The position numbers and the translations under genes were made by a program. The notes under the pieces are model-generated. The model saw only the letters and a program-made list of their open reading frames with translations, made no database searches and was not told the DNA's origin. A stretch of 64,000 bases of DNA, from assembly GCA_001949185.1 (NCBI GenBank), contig BDGG01000014.1:1333378-1397377 (forward strand), written 5' to 3'. Below, one piece after another: positions 30,346-44,228 of the stretch. How positions within the stretch are numbered: the first letter of the stretch is position 1; each line of letters starts with the position of its first letter. The DNA comes from Ramazzottius varieornatus. Lineage: Eukaryota; Animalia; Tardigrada.

Positions 30346-30894
30346 CAAGGGATTTACGCCAGTCGGTCCACTCCAACTTTAAAGCAATAAGATGGAAAAA
30401 TAGAAAAGGGTTCACTCCATAAAACAGAGCAGACGGTATCGGCGAAACTAATTCCTGGACGCCATTGCGAAATTTGGAAACAGGAACTATTGTGCTGCGA
30501 TGACGTAATACTCTTGATTGAGACTTTTTCATTGACAATGAGGTGAACAGCTGATTGGATTTGACGTCGTTGCCGCTCCAAATTGCGCACCATGAGGTAC
30601 TACAGCTACGAGACAGCAAGTTGTCTGGCGAATCATACACACTCTTCGCCGATCAACTGATCGCCTCCTTGTCAATCAGGAATCAAATCAAAGTGCATTT
30701 ACGTCAAAGCGGTTTGGTTACGTCATTGGGACGGAGCCGTACGGCCATTGTATCCCTGTTCCCGAATTTTGTAGTGGCGTCCAGGAATTATTTCCGCCGA
30801 TGCTGCCTGCCTCTGTTTGTACAGTGAACTCTCATCTACATATATCGCGAATTGGTTTCAGAGTTGGTGTGGACCGACTGGCGTAAATCCCTTG
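30346..30894. mobile_element. 549-bp MITE, PIF/Harbinger-like (3-bp TCA target-site duplication)
   Basis: Near-perfect TIR CAAGGGATTTACGCCAGTCGGTCCAC(T/A)CCAACT at both ends. Direct repeat TCA at 30343-30345 and 30895-30897. Confidence 0.85.
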
Positions 30895-31568
30895 TCAGAA
30901 TGGAGATGGATCTTTCGGTGTTGACCGCCGGTACTGAGCGGGTACTCAATGTTGCGTCTATTCGGCAGGTTTTTTAGTGGAGATGCAGTCGTTCGAGTGC
31001 GACGATGTGCAGAGGCCGATACAGGGCTAAAACGGCTGTTGCGCATAACTGCGAAAGCGCAGAAGCTGTATCGTTCCTAAAACTTTGTTGTTGGGTTCAC
31101 TTTAATAGTATAAATACTGGGCAGTAGTAACAGTGCTTTTGCTGTTCTTTCGCATTCCGATCATCATGTGCCACAATGCTAGCTGTTCACTTCAGCTCGG
31201 TAACATAAACTCGATAAAGTCGATACCCGTATAAGTCGCCGGAAGTGGCCCTTCGCCGCTTAACGAACTTTCTCGGACTAGACGGCGATGCTTTACCCAA
31301 CTGGTATCGAGCTTCTCCGCAGCAAGAGTTCAACTTTTTGGCCCGAAACAATCTCATTTCCAGTTTTCTGGTTATTTATGTCTAGTCAGAGACTCAGAGC
31401 TGTGGCATAGTAAACATAAAAGATCAACAAGGTAACTGTTACTGTCGAGAGGGTTGGGAAAACAGCGAGCTCAGCTATTCCTCAGAGTAGTTACAAAAAG
31501 AACAGAGTGAAATATCAAAAAAGCGGACTTATGAAATGTCATTATCGACTAGTTAGAAGCCAAAAAGC

Positions 31569-34023
31569 TCAATCATCCTTCATGGACTCTTCGGTAGGCT
31601 GGCTCTGCATCTGTGGTCCTTTGGGCTTGTCGGCATCCGACATCTTCTTCGTACCGGAGACAATGTCGTCAATGCGTAACAGCAGGATGGCCGTCTACAA
31701 CCGCAAACGTTTTATAAAAATATTCCTTGGTGCTATGGGACAAACAGTTTCAATGTTACCTCGACGGCCGTCTTGTAGGTTTGCATCTTGACAGCAGCTG
31801 GCTCCCAAACGCCAAAGTCCTTCATATCGACCAGCTCGCCGCTGCTGCCATCAATGCCCCACGAGCTGTTTCCGGTGGTGGCATGCTTGGCCTACAATAG
31901 ACAAGACACAAAGGTTCAAGCTCGTAGGAGTGAGAAGGGACAGAGAGGGCACTTACGCGTAAGGCTGTAAGCGTCCGAATGGGGTTTGCGCCGCAGTTTT
32001 GGGCTAGCGTTCGCGGTATAACTTCCAAGGCACGGCCGACGGCAGCGTACGGTCCTTTGCGCACACCAGTGATGCCATCGGCTTTCTTGCCGATTGCCTG
32101 TTGGTGTCAACAGACGCCCCATGTCGACAAATATATACCAAGGAAATGAAGGCTATACTGTGTGTACCTGTGAAAGAGCCATCTCTACGGCGCCTCCACC
32201 GGGAACAATACGGGGTTCCAGCATGACATTACGGGCCACATTCATGGCGTCATGCATGTTACGCTCCACCTCGTTGAGGACGTCTTTGCTGCCACCACGT
32301 AGTAAGATGCTGCAGGCCTTGGGCTTCTTGCATTTGGTCACAAAGGTCCAGTATTCATCACCAATCTTCTCAATGTGAAAGAGGCCGGCTTCCGTCCCCA
32401 CATCCTCTTCACGGAGCTCGTCGGTCCGATTGACAATGCGACCACCACAGGCTCTAGACAACAAGTCTTTAGTGCTCGACTGCTCAAAGCGACAAGAGGG
32501 CTAAAAGGTACCTGGCCAGGCGGTTGTTGTCGGTCTTGCGCATGCGGCGAATGGCGCTGATGCCGGCCTTGAGGAGAAAGTGCTGGGCCAGGTCGGAGAC
32601 GCCCTTCTCGGTGAAGACCACGTCGGGCTTGACTTTGATAATGTCGTCGCACATCTGCTTGATATACTCTTCTTCCAGCTGCAGGATACGCGTGAAGTCC
32701 GCTTCGTTGCTGATCTCAATGTTGGTCTGGCTTTCGGCCTTCTTGTACTCCAAATTGCAGTCCAGCATGACAATGCGCGGATTCTCGATTCGCCTACACA
32801 ATACACTCAAAGTAATGTAGCCATTGTTGAAAGGGATAAAAGGGACAGACAAGGAGGCTCCTTCCTACCGTTTCATGCGGGCGTGCGTCACATCTTTATT
32901 GATCATGACACCATCCAGGACGCGCGAGTCTTCCACCGCCCCACCCGGTACCTTCTCAATCTTGGCATACCGCTTAATGTCCACTTCGCGTCGTCCACCG
33001 CCATCCTCCTCAATCAGCACCGTCTTGACAGCCTCGTAGGCCAACTCACAAGCTAACCTTCCCCTGCAAGCACACCAAGAGTATCTTCACGCCAAGTTTC
33101 GGTCTATAACAACAGCGCTCATTCGCTCACTCACTCACCAATTGCCCAGCATTTTGGTCCCTAAACAGGTGCCGATGATCTTGAGCATTTCTTCCCTGCT
33201 GGCCGTGTTGACCGGCGCACTCATATCGTCCCGCACCATGACGATCATATCTTCCAGCGCTTGGCGAAAGGCGCTAATGATGATGGTCGGGTGCATTTGC
33301 TCCTTGAGGAAGGGCTCAGCTGCCGTCAACATTTCCCCCGCTGCCAACGTCACAACCAGGTCTTTTTTCACGATACTCACAAGATGACAAAACGATTAAG
33401 ACAACTGACCTAGGACGATGACGGAAGTGGTGCCGTCGCCGACTTCCTCGTCCTGAGTTCGACTAATCTCAATCATGGACTTGGCTGCCGGATGCTGCAC
33501 TGTAATCTCTCGTAAGATACAGTTGCCGTCGTTGGTAATAACGATACCACCCGTCGGATCCATCAACATCTATGGACAACCAACAATTCAAATCAATTTG
33601 GAAAATTATTCCACGCCTCCTTCCAAGGCTTCCATAAACGCACCTTCAACATTGCACGAGGGCCCAGGCAAGTCCGAATGATATCGGCCACATTCTAGAG
33701 GGGTGAAAAGGACAATGTGGACGACGAGTATGTCGATGAAGTTAACAAACAAAGAGCATTCACAGCGCTGATGTACAGCAAAAGTATAGCTCCAATCAAC
33801 AATCAACGACCAAACTGGTCACCGGTGACTTGACGGTATCCTTGCCAAACTCGATGCCTACCTTTGCGGCGCTGATGTTGCCCAACTGAACCTTCCGTCC
33901 AGACTCGCGCTTTGTGTTCTGATCTGTAACAGGCCGATTCCCATATGATGGTCAGCAGATACACTGGAGAGGAATTGCAGGTAGCTTACTCAAGACCAGA
34001 ATTGGACGATTTCCCAGCATCAT
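31569..34023 (-). CDS. CCT3: T-complex protein 1 subunit gamma
   Basis: [82 protein letters not shown] and [10 protein letters not shown]. Confidence 0.97.
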
Positions 34024-34702
34024 TTTCGCCGCTTTCCGTGTCTGTTCACCCTTTCCGAGAGACTAATCCTCGCAGCACAAAGAACAACTTGCACTCCACG
34101 ACGTCCACCAGTTCCCTGGAAAGTCGAGATGGAAGAAAGAGGATTGTTACTGGAAAGCGCGTTAGATTCATCAGGAAAAGTCTTCCAGTTCTGCAGTTCG
34201 GGAGGTCAATTTATCTGGGGGTCTGACCTCAAGCGCTGAGGGTTGTGTTAGCTCCGCTGAAGGGACCGAAGGATTTGGTCTCAGTGTACACGGAAGACCT
34301 TGCTGTTTGCTGTGGTGAGGGGACCAAATCCCATCGCGTGGCTGACGATTGCGTTCTGTACACAGATCTTTCCCCTCAAGGGGCAAGACAGCAGAAATCT
34401 GAACTTCGAAAGAATCCCGATCAAAATTAAAAAAACTTGGAAAAATTCCGATCATTTTTCCAGATTCTGCAGTTCTTAAACGACAAGCACCTCTGTCCTG
34501 TCCTCTGTCTACGAAAGCAGCGCAGGACGACGACTGACGGAAGAAGATCTCTTTACATCCGGCCTGCACCGACCAACGTTGAAGGCGCATGACAGGAAAC
34601 CGGTGTATCCGACGGCAGCTTATTCCAATCTTCCCTTCAGCCCACTGCGATACTGTGTCGGGACACTCGAGTGGAGACTGAAGACGGCTCCACTTTTATA
34701 GG

Positions 34703-37100
34703 ATGGGGAATCATCTTGTAGTGGAAGCGGCAGCAGCGCCAGCCAGTTCAGCGACGATGGCTGGTGCGGGTTTGATGGCACCTCCGCCGGTTGCCGATCT
34801 TCCCTCCAAGCATATTTCGTCATCACCCCTTTCAAGCAGCAATAGGCTGGGAATACTGGCCAATATTCCTGGCAGTCGCCTCTTACTCACCAATCCTGGG
34901 TCTTTCGAGGATATTCACAAAAGAGCCAAAGGTAAGTGAGCTGCTGAAAGCACACAGGCTGATGGACAGCCGCTTTACCAGTACGCCATCGGTGACGACA
35001 TCGCTTTTTGCACTTCGCTGATGACCATACGGCGGATTTCATTGGCTCTTATTACGTCATGCGCGACTTGATCCGATCAAATCAATACGTGAATCTGCAG
35101 CAATCACCGCTGTAATACTTTGTGCGCTGGATGTTCGATGTTCTGCGTGTTGCAGATGTGTTTCCCGTGAATTTCGAAGGCTTCCGGTTTGTGTTGAACA
35201 AGCCGCTGAGTAACCATTTCCAAGTGAGCCACACGGTGAATGTGGGAATGATGCAGAATGGATACCGCTTTGGAGCGACCTATATCGGCCACAAAATGCT
35301 CTCCCCTTCCGAGGTACGGTGCCTTTCTTTTCTGTGAACTTGCAGTTTTAACTGGTTTTATTTCTAACCATATGTGGCTTTATTGTAGGCTTATCCCGTT
35401 ATACTAGGCGAGATCGAACCGAATGGAAACCTTAACGCACAGCTAATTCACATGTTCGGAAAGTCGCTCCGTTCGCGGCTCATTGCTCAGGTACCTGGCA
35501 GCACGGATATAGTAGAGAGGTTGATACGGAACTCGAGCAGCGTAAGAAATCCGAGTAGCGTAAGACTTTGGCCCCTCCCATTCGTTACTCTAATCGGCTG
35601 AGGTTGAGACCCGCTACGCGGTCCAACCGATTAGCGTAACTTCTCCGGAAGGTTTTGCTAAACTTCCATCAAATTTCGTAATTAATGACTTTTTGGTAAG
35701 ATGCGATGTCAAATCACGCGTAGTTTCCAGTTCTGATACAGCAACGGAAAAAGTGATTTCCAGTTCCGACTGCTTAAAGCTCAAGTGAATCTTGATACAA
35801 AAAGCAGCAGTTAAAGGCAAAGTAGATTCCAGGACGTGGCAAAAGCCAGATTTAGAGACACAGTTCTTATTTTGGCAAAAGTCACAGTTGAAGTTGCAGT
35901 CCCATCGAATTTTCGAAAGCCACAGTTACACCCACAGACAAACTGAGATTTTCGTTGTTTTCTAGGTTGACAAAGTCGCAGTCAAGCGTGCAGTCGTTGC
36001 TACAGTTTGACGAATAATTAATAACCGACGTTAAACCCTGAAAGATGCAGTTAGAGGGGCAGTTGGCACCTCCGTGGGACGTCTTGAAAGCAAATCTGAG
36101 GTTTTGAAAAACTTTTAGGAGGAAATACCCACAGAAAGCTTAGTTGGAACGTTTCTCGGATTTCTAACGCACTCGAGTAACGGCCCATATGCCTTACTCG
36201 GGAATTAAGCACCGAGCACATTAGTGAATTCAGTCGGTTCGGCTCCGCCCACGTGCTCTCTTTCATCCGGCTCATTCCTACGCTAATCCGATCTCTTGCT
36301 CTGCTCGAGTGCCGTATCAACCTCTGGAGTATATCATTGGAAAGTTGTGAGTAGGGTACATATTAGGCACATTCGTTATGTAGTATGACGAAGGGAAACT
36401 GGCGGGGATGCAGCTGACGAACGACTACCGCGGTCCAGACTTCACTGGTTCGCTGACGTTGGGCCAGCTGGACATTGTCCGCAATTCCGGCATTGTTGTC
36501 GGCCAGTATCTCCAGTCACTGACCAAAGGCTTAGCGCTCGGTGCAGAGCTGATGTATCAAAAAGGCCAACAGATACCCGGTGGACAAATCTCCATTCTAA
36601 CCGTCGGCGGAAAATACACCGGTAAGAGAGGTCTAACTGACTAAGCCACTCTCTCGCCAATGATATTCTTCGTTTATATTTTCGTAGGCTCCGACTTTCA
36701 AGCAGCAGCATCTTTAGGCATGTCAGGACTGCATGTCTCGTACTATCAGCGATGTAGTGAGCAGTTGCAAGTCGGTGTCGATATGGACACTAGTTTACGG
36801 AGCGGTGAAAGTGTCGGCAGCGTCGCTTACTCCATCGACATACCCAAAGCTAACGTTACCTTTAAAGGTACAGCACCTTGCTCTTTCTCCATGCTTGTCG
36901 CGCCTTTCTTTCGTATCGAATTTTCTGGTCAGTGACGAGCACGTTATGTCGTTTCAGGTTCGATAGACAGCAACCTTTCGGTGGGAGCCGTATTGGAGCG
37001 GCGTTTGTTTCCTTTGCCGGCTTCCTTAGCGCTTAGTGCCATGCTGAATCACAAGAAGACGGCCAGCCAGTTTGGTATTGGTTTGATGATCGGCAGTTAG
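34703..37100 (+). CDS. TOMM40: Mitochondrial import channel Tom40
   Basis: NPGSFEDIHKRAK, DVFPVNFEGFRFVLNKPLSNHFQVSH, GYRFGATYIG, YLQSLTKGLALGAELMY and C-terminal FGIGLMIGS. Confidence 0.95.
35506..36335. mobile_element. ~830-bp non-autonomous DNA transposon inside a TOMM40 intron
   Basis: ~50-bp TIRs AGAGGTTGATACGGAACTCGAGCAGCGTAAGAAATCCGAGTAGCGTA versus AGAGGTTGATACGGCACTCGAGCAGAGCAAGAGATCGGATTAGCGTA, with TATA flanks and internal CAGTT-rich repeats. Confidence 0.82.
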
Positions 37101-37804
37101 TGATCGAATTCTGTGCCATGAAGTTTCCTTCTGTGTTGTGGGAGCAAGTCCAAGTTTGTCTTGGCAAGACACACCTACTATTTGGACGGTGCGCGTTTTG
37201 TTTTTTAATGTTTAGTGACTTTAGCATTGTTGGTTCATTCTCGATAAGTTCGCTGCTTCTGACATTTTTGGCTTTATCGGTAAATATTGTGCGCGGGAAA
37301 CTCGTGTGTATAATAACGCATGTTCAGTAACCGGTCTTGCATATGTTTGGTGCGTCGTCGGGACCTCGTGGAAGCCAGTTGTCTTTCGTCAACCGTTTCT
37401 TTGTGAATCGGTACCAGATTTTATTGTAGTCGCGAAGACGACAACCACTAAGCAGCGGAGGTCTTCAGCGAACCAGCATGATCATCAGCCGGATTCTTCA
37501 CTCTTCAGAAGGGAGAACCACGAGGAACATTACCAGATTCGCCAGTGATCTGGAGTAACTGGAGTGACTCGGCAGAATATTGTGCTTAACTTTTTAGCAA
37601 GCCTTGCTGTGTCTATGCAGAGCAAGCTGTATTGTGAGCTGTTCGAAACATAAATTACAACACCTTCCAGTCTTTCCTTTGCTGTTTTGTAGCTTTCCAT
37701 TATTCTTTCTGCACTGTCCTTCTAGGTCCATCTGCCGCTCGGAAGACGCTGGAAGCGACTGGGCTAAGGGGATCTTCGTAGGATTAGCTACAGCAAGCAG
37801 CAGA

Positions 37805-39516
<1,712 letters not shown>

Positions 39517-40005
39517 TGGTCGCTATCTTTGCCCCTATAGCCATCCCCTCTAACCATGTATCTTTACATTAGCTTCGAACTACCCTGTAACTGAATCTTT
39601 ACGCTTATGGATATAAGATTCTGTTGAGGAGAGCTGCGAAGCACAGGGACTTTCGGCACGAGCTTTTCTTTGTCACTTTTTCCTCGTTTCTCATTCTAAC
39701 GACAAAATTAAATTATCCTAGTATAGTGGTCGGCTGACTGTCTCGCCTGGGAATAAGAGGATCTTTAGTTAGATTGAATATTGGTGTAAACACGCAGCGG
39801 CCCAGCTAAACTGAATTGCGGCACATCAAACTGCGCAACAATCACAAGTACATGGTATTACTCTTTTTGTCGGGTCGCACAGTTGAAGGCTATAAGTAAT
39901 GAACAATACAAGATGCGAAAAGATGTAGAATAAACAAACCTTAAGTGATCAGACGGGGTTTCTGAATAACGAATTCGCAAGGAAGAGAGCAGAGTAGAGA
40001 GTCGC

Positions 40006-41288
40006 TTAATTGAAACCCGGAATAATGTGCCCCTTTTTGATGAGTTTCTTGCGTTTGTTATTCTTTTTGGTATCTTGTCGAGCTTGGAGGTTCTTCTGGC
40101 GTTTATCCTGCCTTTGCTTCTTCTCACTCTGGATGTTCTGCTTGCGTTCGTCCCACTGCTTCTTGGACTTGTCCTTGCGTTTGGCCTGTTGCTTGATAGC
40201 TTGCTTGAGCTTGGCGGGGTCATTCTTCAGCTTAACACCCTGGGCCTTTAAGAGGGCTTCCTGCCAGGCCTTCTTCTCGCGCCCTTCGGCGTCCGTCTTG
40301 TCCAACTTCTTTTTCTGAGCTTCGGCTCTGTTCAGCAAGTGATGCAGGTTCTTACCGGCTGGCTGAGCGGCATGTGGCGTGGCGCCGTTGTGGTCGAAAA
40401 AGTCAAAGCGGCTAAAGATCATTTTCCCCTCTTCGCTGACGACGCTGGAGGAGCGCGAACTGCTGTTGGTAGCCGGCACACCCACTTTGGCTCCACTTCC
40501 CTCGGCCTGCCCATTCTGCGTCTTGTCACCGGCCTTCTTCTTCTTGGCCTTTTCCTTCTTCTTTAGCTTGTTCAACTTCTTTCGCAGGTCTCGCAGCTGT
40601 GAGGCTTCTCCCGCATCCAGCGTTACTGCTTTCCGTTTCGCTAAAATAAGACATGACACGTTCGCCAGTGTTATAATATCATTATGAAAAAGAGCAGATA
40701 CAGTTACTCGATATACACACAACAAGAGCTTCTGTAATACGTCGTCAGCCGACTCTTTGACAGCAGCAAAGTTATAAAGTTATGGCAGATGTACCTCTGA
40801 AGTTCTGGAGTTTGGCTTGAAGGCGACTCTTAAGGTCGTCCGCCGAGGACAAGGCTGAAGCGAGGCCATTACTCGTCACTTCCACCTTGACTTTCTTAGC
40901 AGCGTCAGACCAAGAAGATTTTGTACCAAGACCAAGCGGTCGCTTGAACTGACCCTTGGAAGGAGGATCGGGGGAGGTGTGAAGGAAAGCTTCGAGGTGC
41001 GACAGAACGACGCTGGCAGGCATGTACTGCGGTGGAGACTTTTGCTGCGACTCTGCAACAGCACATCATTAAAGGGTAAATTGTCACTTTATACCAGCAT
41101 GACGCGCCTAACCTACCACAATATGCCGTGAAGGATGGAGACTTGATGCTAGTCATAACATCTTCGGCAAAGAGAACATTGTGAGGTAGCTTGTCGAACA
41201 AGGGCAAAAGGTGCTGCATGGCCTGCCGCGTCCTCGTGGACAGGCTATCCTCCTCTCGGGGTTCCGTTGATATCTTTCCCTCCTCCAT
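40006..41288 (-). CDS. SURF6: Surfeit locus protein 6 (nucleolar)
   Basis: LKSRLQAKLQNFR, MIFSRFDF and KAQGVKLKNDPAKLKQAIKQQAKRKDKSKKQWDERK...KRQKNLQAR...IPGF. Confidence 0.9.
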
Positions 41289-42420
41289 CTTAGCGCTCTT
41301 CTTGGATGCGGATATCTGAACGTGTAGATAGATCGGAAGCAGATCGTTGGTCGTCCAACCACAGCGGTAGTTAACAGAGACCTATCCGCGGCGGTGGTAC
41401 CCGTGAATAGACTCTTCGGGCTTAGCAGCAAACGATGTCCTTCTCCTTAGCTCATCTCCTCGATAACCGTACGTCGTAACCTGTAAACATAGAACGGAAG
41501 CCGCTCTTCTTCTCAGACAGAGACGACGGAATATATATTGGATGCTTACAGCTGGCTACTGTTATTACGCAAGGTCTTTCTTGTGCCGACTGCAGCCTGT
41601 GACATCCAATTTCAACAGCATTAAAGCCTTGATTGTCGTTCACTTGATTCACCGGAATTTGTTTGGTTATGTGACGTACTTCCGGTGCGGTCAAACTGAA
41701 TCACCGGATGGCCCACCAAGAACAGCCAGCATCACTCAGATACAGTACGTAATTTATTACTCTGTCAGAACTTGAACCTTTTCATCTCAGAATTTTCCCG
41801 TTTTATTTCTTGGCAGTTGGAATGCCTGGACTTTGGGTCTTGCCTCGATCGCGAATGTCTAAGCAACACAATTAACTCTTTATTGTCGTAGCTTTGTATT
41901 CTGTGGTCTTTGGTGCGAATATGGCATGCGACAAGCGTACGTCGGTTGGGCCACGGCAATGGATGGATCTGATGGGATCAACAGGTGAGCTAATCAACCT
42001 TTTGTGTAGTCAGGCTGGGTTCTTACGATAGTTGACGGTACATTCCTTACCCCAGGTTGGACTTATTGAGAAATCAGCGCAGCAGATCTTTCGGGCATTG
42101 GGGAAATTGTCTGTTTGTGCTGCCAAGGCTGAGAGTCTAGGACGGTACGGAATCATGCGCTCGGCCCAAAGAACTTTTCCAATGTGAGGTTTATAATAAG
42201 GTAGGTAAGAACGAGTGCGACCGGTAAGAGTACGAGTACAGACGGCGCTCCTGTAATCTGCAGCTGTTTTGAGTAAGGACATGAATCGTCAGTCAAGTTT
42301 AGTAAAGGTATCTGGAGCGGGATAATTATAACAGGGCCGACAAGACATGGCGAATGTGCATAGCCGTTGGAAGAGTAAATGGATAGGGAGCGGATGGACA
42401 CTGTCCGGTCGGATCTGGCA

Positions 42421-44059
42421 CTACTCAACTGAGCAAAACTGCAGGAGTCCTCCTTTGCACCTGTAGATAAAAGCGCTTTTGTTTGTTGCGGCAGATCAAT
42501 GACCAAGGCGGCAGACGTCAAATGGCAAAGGAGGAGGACTGACCCAACGACGACGACTTTACCGTCAGGCGACAGGACAATGGTCATGGCATCATCGACC
42601 AACTCGGCACGAGCAGGTGATTCTTTCAAATTCTTCATGTCCAGACTCCAAATGCGCAAAAGCCTGTATAGGTAAAGGGTGGTTGATTAGGGCAGTCAGG
42701 ACTTGAGCTTAGTGCGATGAGACATAAGGGTACCCATCTTGGCAGAGCGTCACCAGACGATTCATGCGAACATCCATGGCCAGCACTTCGTGGTCATTCT
42801 GGCCGCTGGCAAAGATCTTGCTGGGTGTCGGCGACATGTGTTCAAACTTGTAAAGGATTTCTCCCCTGTCGACATCCCAGCAGATAACACGGGTATCAAA
42901 GCTAGAGGTGAAGAGTTTAGTGCCGTCGTGGGAGTAGCGGCAGGAGGAAAGGGCGTTCAAATGAGCGGATAGCCTCTTGTCCACCTTCCTATGCCCATGT
43001 GCCTCCCAGATGAAAACGTCTCGGTTGCTGCCCACCACGGCCAAGTGATTGCCATCGGGCGACCAGCCCACCGACGTCACCGTATCCGAAGGACCCGGCA
43101 TGGTCAAGGTTGCCATCATATTACCATCGTCGGGCAAATCCTGCCAAAAACCTAGCATGACGGCTAGTTTGAAATTTGTGCGGTAACAATTTTGCGCACC
43201 CACAGCTTGACCGTTCGGTCCTTGGATGCTGAGGCCAAGACCATGCTGCAAGAAGAAGAAGAAGAAGAAGAAAATTGGCATTGTAAAAGGCGTTCCTTTT
43301 GCAGAAGCGCAAAAGGATGCTGACCTGCCATCGGGCGAAAAGCTAAGACTGTTGATGGAGTCGGTATGGTCTTGCAAGTATAGTGCCATTCTCCCTACCA
43401 AAGTCCTGCTGGGTTCAAAGTAAGACATCTGGCTGGTCAGAGGAAAGATTGCACTGACCAGGATCTGCCATGTCATAGATCTTGATATCGCCGGTTGCCA
43501 GTCCCACCGCCAGAACAATATCGCCTTTGGTGGTGAAACGGGAATATTTGACTTGCGATCCACGGCGTTTTTCTTTGGGGTCCACCGGGTCACCTTGGGC
43601 GCCGAAAGCCAAGTGTCTTACTGCCCCACCACAGTCCTGTTAAATATTCAACTATCATTTCCACAAGGCCTTCCGTATGTCAACCTTGAACCATGAAAGG
43701 GACCATGACCAACCAGTTCCAGCAGCTTTCCAGCCTCGCGTTCCATATCGTTGTTTCTGCTCTCGTTGGCAAATAAGGCGGGGAACCTCGTTCTGAAATA
43801 TCCCTCACCGTAGTTTAAACTGATGTGGCCTACCAATGGTCGATACGTACCGGCTCTCCTTGCCCAGATCGCCGTAAAGAGTGGGCAACAGCTTGGTGGT
43901 ATCATAGATGGTGACTGTGCGTGTACCCACCGACCAGGCAAAGAGGGAGTTATCAGGGGAGAAGGCACAAGAAATCGTCTCTTGGCCAAACTTGAGTTGG
44001 GAACTGAAGTCCACATCTTCTCCCGTCAGTGTCGAAAACTTGCGGTAGACATTAGCCAT
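42421..44059 (-). CDS. WSB1: WSB1/2-like WD40-repeat protein, apparently without SOCS box
   Basis: GQETISCAFSPDNSLFAWSVGTRTV, VLAVGLATGDIKIYD, LQDHTDSINSLSFSPDG, ASASKDRTVKLWDLPDDGNM and HMSPTPSKIFASGQND are collinear with WSB1. Predicted end ...GCKGGLLQFCSVE-stop. Confidence 0.8.
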
Positions 44060-44187
44060 GCTCTTCAGCTCGCGCAAAACCAACAACTCTTCTGCAAAGC
44101 CAACAGCGTGTCATAACGCCCCTTCAATCTCTTATATTGTAACAGGAGTAGGATACAGAAAGAATGTCCGACTTACCGCAGTCCGCC

Positions 44188-44228
<41 letters not shown>
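44188..44228 (+). repeat. (GAT)n microsatellite
   Basis: About 13 GAT/ATG units just upstream of the WSB-like coding region. Confidence 0.95.

Noticed and set aside
33695-33860. Enlarged CCT3 intron as an H/ACA snoRNA host
   Set aside because: An ACA occurs near the 3' end, but I could not find a convincing H box or two-hairpin structure by eye.
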